40,000 nucleotides of DNA, from NCBI GenBank assembly GCA_017439085.1, contig JAFRTU010000016.1:86059-126058 (forward strand). The letters run 5' to 3'. The position numbers were made by a program, and so were the translations under genes. The notes under the pieces were generated by a model, which was not told the DNA's origin, searched no databases, and saw nothing but the letters and a program-made list of their open reading frames with translations. This document shows, piece by piece, positions 34,281 through 40,000 of the stretch (positions are counted from its first letter, which is position 1; every line of letters begins with the position of its first letter). Origin of the DNA: Clostridia bacterium (GTDB taxonomy: Bacteria > Bacillota > Clostridia > Christensenellales > Christensenellaceae).

Positions 34281-36164
34281 CTACAGATCCCTGACGAACA
34301 AAGCTCTTATGGCATTGAGTACGGCTATCACCATGACTCCTACATCGGCAAATATCGCCATCCACATGTTCGCCAGTCCCAGTGCTCCGAGTATCAGACA
34401 GAGTATCTTCACTCCGATCGCGAACCAGATGTTCTCGTATACTATCCGGAGACACTTCTTTGAGATCCTTATAGCCTTTGATATCTTTCTCGGGTCATCG
34501 TCCATAAGCACCACGTCCGCTGCCTCTATGGCTGCATCGGAGCCCATGGCTCCCATCGCGATCCCTATATCGGCCCTTGAGAGCACCGGAGCATCGTTTA
34601 TGCCGTCGCCTACAAAAGCGACTATTCCCTTTTCTTTTCCTTCGAGGATCTCTTCCATCCTCATGACCTTATCCTCCGGAAGAAGATCGGAATGGAACTC
34701 ATCTATCTTAAGCTCCCTGCTCACAGCCTCGGCTACGTTCCTGTTGTCTCCCGTAAGCATGACCGTCTTTCTTACTCCGCTCTTCTTTAGGCTCTCCAGA
34801 GCTTCCCCGGCATTTTCCTTTATCACGTCAGAGATGACTATATGTCCCGCATAGACACCATCCATGCTCACGTGGATAATGGTCCCCTGATGATGGCAGG
34901 GATGCCACTCGACACCTATGCTGTCCATGAGCCCGGAATTTCCCACATATATCTCTTTCCCGTTCACAATGGCCTTCATGCCCTGTCCAGTTATCTCCTC
35001 GGCGTATGAGACTTCACAGTCATCATGCTCGTTCGGATAAGCCTTCTTAAGGGATACTGCTATCGGGTGGAGGGAATACCTCTCCACATGTGCCGCCATG
35101 TGCAGGAGCTCTTCTCCGTCGATAATATCGGGATGGACCGCCGTCACCTCAAAAACTCCCTTCGTAAGGGTGCCCGTCTTGTCGAACACTACAGTCTCCG
35201 TCCCTGCAAGCTGTTCCAGATAATTGGAGCCCTTTATGAGTATGCCGGATTTGGATGCTCCCCCAAGTCCAGCAAAAAAGCTCAAAGGTATAGAGATCAC
35301 GAGTGCACAGGGGCAGCTCACCACCAGGAAGTTCAGGGCTCTGTATGCCCATTTACCGAGATCCGGAGAGGTCTTCGCGATCAGCAGTTCATAAAGGAGA
35401 GGCAGCGTTGCAAGCAGCACTGCGGCTATCACGACTGCAGGAGTATATATCCTTGCGAACCTGGAGATGAAATTCTCGGATCTGGATTTCCTGGAACTTG
35501 CATTCTCCACGAGGTCCAGTATCTTGGAAGCCGTAGACTCGTCGAATTCCTTCTCGGTCCTCACCTTTATGACTCCTGTCATGTTTATGAAACCGCTGAG
35601 GATCCTGTCACCGGGTCTCAGAGTCCTGGGTACGCTCTCTCCTGTAAGGGCTGAAGTGTTGACCGACGTCGTTCCTTCCTCCACTGTCCCGTCAAGGGGT
35701 ACCTTTTCGCCCGGCTGTATGACTATGATATCCCCTATCTCAACGTCATAAGGGTCGACCTTTTCAAGAGTACCGTCTTCGTTTTGTATATTGGCATAGT
35801 CAGGCCTTATGTCCATGAGCTCGCTGATGTTCTTCCTGCTCTTCCCGACCGCATAGCTCTGGAACCATTCTCCCACCTGATAGAAAAGCATGACCGCGAC
35901 TGCTTCGACATAGTCTCCGCTACCCGTGATACCGAGTACTATCGCACCTATGGTCGCTATCGTCATGAGAAGGCATTCATCAAAGGGCTGTCCGTTCCTG
36001 ATTCCCTTAAAAGCCTTTAAGAGCACGTCATACCCTATTATCAGATATGGGATCATGTAAAGGGCAAGTTTCAGCCATCCTTCCGCTTTAACGAAATGAA
36101 GGATCACCATCAGCACCGCCGAAATGATGATCCTTAAAAGCATCTTCTTCTGTTTCTTGTTCAT
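34281..36164 (-). CDS. cadA: Heavy-metal (Cd/Zn/Co-type) translocating P1B-type ATPase lacking a fused N-terminal HMA domain
   Basis: CPC motif (VVSCPCALVIS), phosphorylation site DKTGTLT, TGES, and hinge VGDGINDAP. Confidence 0.88.
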   Translation of the reverse strand: MNKKQKKMLLRIIISAVLMVILHFVKAEGWLKLALYMIPYLIIGYDVLLKAFKGIRNGQPFDECLLMTIATIGAIVLGITGSGDYVEAVAVMLFYQVGEWFQSYAVGKSRKNISELMDIRPDYANIQNEDGTLEKVDPYDVEIGDIIVIQPGEKVPLDGTVEEGTTSVNTSALTGESVPRTLRPGDRILSGFINMTGVIKVRTEKEFDESTASKILDLVENASSRKSRSENFISRFARIYTPAVVIAAVLLATLPLLYELLIAKTSPDLGKWAYRALNFLVVSCPCALVISIPLSFFAGLGGASKSGILIKGSNYLEQLAGTETVVFDKTGTLTKGVFEVTAVHPDIIDGEELLHMAAHVERYSLHPIAVSLKKAYPNEHDDCEVSYAEEITGQGMKAIVNGKEIYVGNSGLMDSIGVEWHPCHHQGTIIHVSMDGVYAGHIVISDVIKENAGEALESLKKSGVRKTVMLTGDNRNVAEAVSRELKIDEFHSDLLPEDKVMRMEEILEGKEKGIVAFVGDGINDAPVLSRADIGIAMGAMGSDAAIEAADVVLMDDDPRKISKAIRISKKCLRIVYENIWFAIGVKILCLILGALGLANMWMAIFADVGVMVIAVLNAIRALFVRDL

Positions 36165-36201
36165 ATGTTCCGCCTTCCTCCGTCGTCACTGACGGCAGGA
36201 T

Positions 36202-36420
36202 TCAGAAAAAGATCTCGCAGTCGCTCTCGACCTTCTTGCAGTTGGCAAGCACGTTCTTCATGACGGTCTCCACATCTGCTCCGTCTTCGAACTCGACCTT
36301 CATCTTGAGGGTCATGAAGTTTACCACTGCGTCCTTGACGCCTTCGGTCTTCTTTGCTGCCACTTCCATCTTGTTGGCACAGTTAGCGCAGTCAACGTCG
36401 ATATTATATGATCTCTTCAT
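36202..36420 (-). CDS. Stand-alone heavy-metal-associated (HMA) domain protein
   Basis: 72 aa with a CadA-type metal motif DCANCANK and a ferredoxin-like fold pattern. It lies 37 nt upstream of the ATPase gene. Confidence 0.8.
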   Translation of the reverse strand: MKRSYNIDVDCANCANKMEVAAKKTEGVKDAVVNFMTLKMKVEFEDGADVETVMKNVLANCKKVESDCEIFF

Positions 36421-36435
36421 TTCAGGCCTCCATCA

Positions 36436-36453
36436 ATTAAATACTTATTTAAT
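36436..36453. promoter_or_regulatory. Candidate ArsR/SmtB-type operator (8-2-8 perfect inverted repeat)
   Basis: ATTAAATA-CT-TATTTAAT, positioned between the -10 element and the SD of the HMA-cadA operon. The flanks TCA.../...TTGA extend the dyad imperfectly. Confidence 0.55.
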
Positions 36454-36463
36454 CGTTGATTTA

Positions 36464-36492
36464 AATATATCCCTTCCTCCGTCATATGTCAA
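36464..36492 (-). promoter_or_regulatory. Sigma-A promoter of the HMA-cadA operon
   Basis: On the minus strand: TTGACA (36487-36492), exactly 17 bp, TATATT (36464-36469). Confidence 0.65.
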
Positions 36493-36503
36493 TGCATTTT
36501 TTT

Positions 36504-36537
36504 ATAAAAATACGGCAGTCCGGAAAAAGACTGCCGT
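36504..36537 (-). terminator. Intrinsic terminator after the hydrolase-membrane gene
   Basis: 9-bp stem ACGGCAGTC (36512-36520) / GACTGCCGT (36529-36537). On the minus strand it is followed by ATTTTTAT. Confidence 0.75.
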
Positions 36538-36558
36538 AGGATGTCATTTGTCTTAAGA

Positions 36559-38544
36559 TCAGAGTATCGCAGACCCTCCTGTCACTATCCAGCATGCCAG
36601 TATGGCCACAGTGAAGGCTCCGGTATACACGTTTCCTGTCTTTCTGTAGAAGTATGTGCACGGTATGCTGAAAAACATCACCTGAGGCAGGAAAAGGATC
36701 AGTATCGACATGAACGGTCCTCCGAACGTGGAACCGAACAGCACGTCTGCTCCCGGTCCTATACCTGCAAAGAAAGGTATGTATTCAACGAGCGTAATAA
36801 GAAGTACTCCTCCCACCATCACGAGGAAGTTGAACAGCCAGTTCTTGAGGAATCCCCTGATGCCTGGCTCATAGGTGCTCTTTACTCTCATGCCTCCCAT
36901 GATCTTCGAGTTGTTGAGTATATAGAACAGCGAGAAGAACGGAATGTAGACCAGGAACTGCAGGAACCTCTCGAGTGTGAACACTCTGAAGAAAGGCCAT
37001 ATGTATCTGAGATCCAGATCGAATATCTTAGTATATGCATAGTTCACTATGTAAACCGTTCCGGTGAGTATGAGTGCAAGAACGAGCGACCTTAACAGCA
37101 GCTTAAAGTCTATGAGCTTTCCATCGTTATCACCTGCAAGTCCTATATCGAGACCTCCCATCGGCTCTCCCCTCTTCTTTGCTTTCTTAAGTGAGATCAT
37201 GGTAGTAATGACCATGACGATAATGAGAAGAAGGTACCATCCGAGAAATCCGTTTCCCACGGTCATCCTGAATATCCCTTCCGGGAGAGGCAGAAGAGCG
37301 TGTCCTAACTGAGTCATGAACGGGAATGTGAGTCCCGATATGAGTATCGTGATGAGTACTCCCCTTATGAGTCCCTTCTTTCCCGGCATCGTTTCTTTCT
37401 CCGGCAGTTCATTCAGCACCTTTCCGAAGAACTTCGTCTCTTTCAGGAGATTGAACAGAGGGAACATGCATGAGAGCACGAGGAGCATGGATATGAGTAC
37501 CAGAATCTCCTTATATCCGAATATCTGGTCCGTGGAAGAGATGTCCTGCTTCAGTCCGATACTGCTGCCAAGCCACTCTATGGCAGTCTTCAGGCCGGCA
37601 TGGTTATGGGTCGTGAGCCTGTGGTTCGTATGAAGGAGCTCTATCCTTCTCGCGGTACCGTCAGCGAAATCCCCGTAAGTAGTATTCCACTTTGCGTTCT
37701 CTGGATCTGTGCCGAGGAACTCATATCTCAGAGGAGCTTTCAGGAGCTCATCCGTGACGTTGAGCTCATAGTCCCTGAAATAGCTGAACTCGTCATATTT
37801 TGCCTGCAGGAGCAGCACATTGTTGAAGGTGATGGACGGGTCGTAGACGGAGTTCCTGAAGAGCTCTCCGCACTGGAGTACGATCGCTTTCGGCTTGTAC
37901 TCCCCATATCCGGAATAGAAAGCAGCCACGCTCCAGCTGGACCAGGTCCCCATGGAGTGTCCGCTCAGGGCAAGCTTTGTCTTGTCCACGTTTTCCATCG
38001 TGGCAAGCACGCCATATGCCGCTATTCCTCCGCAGGAGCTGTCGGTGATCTCGTTTCCCTTATCATCCTTCGTATACATGTCATTGAAGAATGAAAGGTT
38101 CGAGAAGTTCATGAGCACGCGGTATCTCACGCTTCCCCCTATATCCTTGAAGGTGCCCTTTTCCCTGCTCTCGTTTCCGTAGTTCACCTTTACCACGCGA
38201 TTTACGTATCCCCTTGCCTTGAGGCCGATGCCAGTGCTTCCGTGCCCGTACTCGTCAAGGCACATGACGACAGCACCTCTCCTTGCCAGCTCTATGGCAT
38301 ATGCATCGTTGGTCTCATGGTCGTTCTGGTATCCATGGAGAAGGAGCACTCCCGGAGCCGGATCCTCCTTCGTTGCAGTCACCGGGGTATAGAGCTTATA
38401 TGTCATCATTCCCTTTCCGGTGTCTATCACTCCTTCAGTTATCTTTATCTTTCCTCCGGCAGTCTGGATAAGGTTGGCTCCGACCATGCAGACGGTCGCT
38501 GCTGCCAGCAGACATGCGAGGATGATCATGTTTTTCTTTTTCAT
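36559..38544 (-). CDS. Alpha/beta-hydrolase domain fused to a C-terminal ~8-TM membrane domain (function unknown)
   Basis: N-terminal signal/anchor (MKKKNMIILACLLAAATVCMV), HG oxyanion context (VLLLHGYQ) and nucleophile elbow GHSMG. From about residue 335 there are about 8 hydrophobic segments. GGAG SD. Confidence 0.7.
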   Translation of the reverse strand: MKKKNMIILACLLAAATVCMVGANLIQTAGGKIKITEGVIDTGKGMMTYKLYTPVTATKEDPAPGVLLLHGYQNDHETNDAYAIELARRGAVVMCLDEYGHGSTGIGLKARGYVNRVVKVNYGNESREKGTFKDIGGSVRYRVLMNFSNLSFFNDMYTKDDKGNEITDSSCGGIAAYGVLATMENVDKTKLALSGHSMGTWSSWSVAAFYSGYGEYKPKAIVLQCGELFRNSVYDPSITFNNVLLLQAKYDEFSYFRDYELNVTDELLKAPLRYEFLGTDPENAKWNTTYGDFADGTARRIELLHTNHRLTTHNHAGLKTAIEWLGSSIGLKQDISSTDQIFGYKEILVLISMLLVLSCMFPLFNLLKETKFFGKVLNELPEKETMPGKKGLIRGVLITILISGLTFPFMTQLGHALLPLPEGIFRMTVGNGFLGWYLLLIIVMVITTMISLKKAKKRGEPMGGLDIGLAGDNDGKLIDFKLLLRSLVLALILTGTVYIVNYAYTKIFDLDLRYIWPFFRVFTLERFLQFLVYIPFFSLFYILNNSKIMGGMRVKSTYEPGIRGFLKNWLFNFLVMVGGVLLITLVEYIPFFAGIGPGADVLFGSTFGGPFMSILILFLPQVMFFSIPCTYFYRKTGNVYTGAFTVAILACWIVTGGSAIL

Positions 38545-38673
38545 ATGAGTCTCCGTATGTATAAAGATCTATATCAGATGTTTTCGACGGGAAAGAGCAA
38601 ATTCCCTTACGCTTTTTCTTCTCTCATTTATATTTTTTATACCCGGGTTTATAATAGATGTAAGGTTTAAAGG

Positions 38674-39060
38674 ATGGATAAAGATATGACTCAAAAGATG
38701 GTTCTTCCTCATGATCACGGAAACAACTCGAAGGATATCCTCGAGAGCATGCCCTCTGATCAGATCATTGAAGCGGTCTCATCAGCAATGAAACAGCTCG
38801 GTGATCCGTCAAGGCTCAGGATATTCTGGTTCCTGTGCCACTGTGAGGAATGCGTCATCAATATAGCGTCCGTCACCGGGCTCACTAGTCCTGCAGTGTC
38901 GCATCATCTTCGCCTGCTGAAGACCAGCGGTCTCATAGTCTCAAGAAGATCGGGCAAGGAGATGTATTACAAGGCGGCCGATACCGAGCTCGCACAGGCA
39001 CTTCATCACATGATCGAAGAGGTCGGAAGGATATCCTGTCCTCAAATCGTCAATCACTAA
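38674..39060 (+). CDS. ArsR/SmtB-family metalloregulator (CadC-like, Cys-rich alpha3 site)
   Basis: LGDPSRLRIFWFLCHCEECVINIASVTGLTSPAVSHHLRLLKTSGLI is a canonical ArsR HTH with a CxC(xxC) cluster. An alternative ATG lies at 38686. Confidence 0.85.
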   Translation: MDKDMTQKMVLPHDHGNNSKDILESMPSDQIIEAVSSAMKQLGDPSRLRIFWFLCHCEECVINIASVTGLTSPAVSHHLRLLKTSGLIVSRRSGKEMYYKAADTELAQALHHMIEEVGRISCPQIVNH

Positions 39061-39074
39061 TCGGAGGGATCATT

Positions 39075-39467
39075 ATGGCAACAAAGAAAAAGAACGAAGA
39101 AATCGTATCATTACAGGGAATAACCAATAAGAAGGATATGGAAAAGGAGATCTCCAAGCTTTCCGCTACTGACCTCATCGGACTTCTCGCAAACAACAGC
39201 GGCACGGACAGCGGCGACCTGCTCTCATCCATAGCAGGCTCCCTCATATCCACCGATACGTCCTCCTCTTCCACCACAACAGGCAAGACCACATCCATGA
39301 AGGTCACCGCAGAAGAGAAGAAGCTCGTTCAGGCATACAGAAAAGCAAGTGAGAGCAAACAGAAGGAAGCCCTTGAACTCCTTTCAGGAGAAGGCGGAGA
39401 TTCTTCAGGCGGAGGACTGCTCAACGGTCTCCTCGGAAATCTTCTTTCCGGACTCTTCAAGAAATAA
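39075..39467 (+). CDS. Hypothetical Ser/Gly-rich small protein with a C-terminal amphipathic Leu/Gly tail
   Basis: 130-aa ORF starting 15 nt after the arsR stop, with GGAGGG SD (39063-39068) and a terminator just downstream. I recognise no family. Confidence 0.55.
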   Translation: MATKKKNEEIVSLQGITNKKDMEKEISKLSATDLIGLLANNSGTDSGDLLSSIAGSLISTDTSSSSTTTGKTTSMKVTAEEKKLVQAYRKASESKQKEALELLSGEGGDSSGGGLLNGLLGNLLSGLFKK

Positions 39468-39486
39468 GACCTGATACGGTCTCACG

Positions 39487-39521
39487 AAAAATGCCTCCGT
39501 CAGATGACGAAGGCATTTTTT
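39487..39521. terminator. Bidirectional terminator between the small ORF and pepC
   Basis: ATGCCTCCGTC (39491-39501) / GACGAAGGCAT (39506-39516) with one mismatch, flanked by AAAAA on the left and TTTTTT on the right. Confidence 0.8.
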
Positions 39522-39539
39522 CATTTATTCTTCTTTATC

Positions 39540-40000
39540 TCATGCAAGGCTTCCCATAGGATCCCATGGCTTTAATACCACTGGCTCACTGTCAAAAGCT
39601 TTTTTCTCCTCTTCAGAGAGATATTTCTTCTCAAGGAGTATCTGATATGCGAATTCTCCGAACCAGGCATCATCCATCACGAAGAATCCCTTATCTCCTA
39701 CCTCATCTCCCCAGCTGTTCTCGACCTTCCACTTCAGAGGTCTTCCCTCTTCGTCGAGATCCACTCCGGTGATGACCATTGCATGTGTCATGAGACTGTC
39801 ATGATAGTCGAGTCTCTCCTCCTTCGACATACGGAACTCAGTCCCGAGCAGAGTGCCGACAGAAAGGGCATCTCTCGTCAGCATGCCTGCTTTCCTCTCT
39901 GAGAACTGGCCCACGTCGCTTCCGAACCAGACCACCTTTCCGTCCTTCAGCTGCCTTATCGTCAGATCCCTCAGGTCATCCATCGGAAGGTTCAGATATT
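39540..40000 (-). CDS. pepC: Aminopeptidase C / bleomycin hydrolase (peptidase C1B), C-terminal part; the gene continues beyond the window
   Basis: The HAMVITGVD (catalytic His) and ENSWG (Asn) blocks and the C-terminal ...PWDPMGSLA are typical of PepC. The reading frame stays open to position 40000. Confidence 0.85.
   Translation of the reverse strand, partial: YLNLPMDDLRDLTIRQLKDGKVVWFGSDVGQFSERKAGMLTRDALSVGTLLGTEFRMSKEERLDYHDSLMTHAMVITGVDLDEEGRPLKWKVENSWGDEVGDKGFFVMDDAWFGEFAYQILLEKKYLSEEEKKAFDSEPVVLKPWDPMGSLA

Noticed and set aside
38636-38656. Palindrome ACCCGGGT with flanking TATA repeats as an ArsR operator
   Set aside because: The arms outside the 8-bp core are just TATA-like, low-information sequence and are asymmetrically spaced. 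It bears no resemblance to the dyad at 36436-36453, so it is kept only as context in the hydrolase finding.
1-40000. Scan for CRISPR arrays, integrases, an intact IS or prophage genes, and known defence modules (RM, CBASS, retron, Gabija-like etc.)
   Set aside because: I saw no regularly spaced direct repeats, no recombinase or phage structural ORFs, and no ORFs with recognisable defence-domain motifs. The only defence-related trace is the orphan AbiEi-like gene.

Overview
This 40-kb window looks like a Firmicutes/Clostridia-type chromosome. The indicators are a GlgD-containing glycogen operon, GGAGG Shine-Dalgarno sites, AGA/AGG/ATA-rich codon usage, and roughly 50% GC in hand-counted core lines. 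Most of it is ordinary housekeeping DNA. It starts with a tRNA-Asp/tRNA-Gly pair, a small MerR regulator and ilvE. A same-strand run of GNAT, ECF sigma, anti-sigma and YjgR/DUF853 ATPase follows. A near-complete glycogen supercluster spans 6.9-20.8 kb (malQ, pgm, GH13, glgD, glgC, glgB, then divergent glgA-glgP). After it come an acyl-ACP thioesterase, an SUV3-like helicase coupled to MscS, an AKR/Fe-S reductase, an ornithine cyclodeaminase-family gene and a partial pepC. I found no CRISPR array, no intact mobile element and no recognisable complete defence system. The accessory or unusual parts are: (1) a 1.2-kb AT-rich scar (1897-3136) holding a truncated IS3/IS150 left end and an orphan AbiEi/DUF6088-like gene; (2) a cleanly bounded marR / Isf-like flavoprotein / membrane-anchored C11 peptidase / GNAT::HPS-fusion operon, with a preserved SD+ATG inside the fusion junction; (3) a CoA-disulfide-reductase-rhodanese gene translationally coupled to an N-terminally extended C_GCAxxG_C_C protein; (4) a metal locus with a split HMA + CadA-type ATPase, a clear promoter/operator, an alpha/beta-hydrolase fused to an ~8-TM domain, and an ArsR regulator co-transcribed with an unknown Ser/Gly-rich small protein. 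None of these is proven novel from sequence alone. All family assignments come from motif recognition by eye, not from searches.
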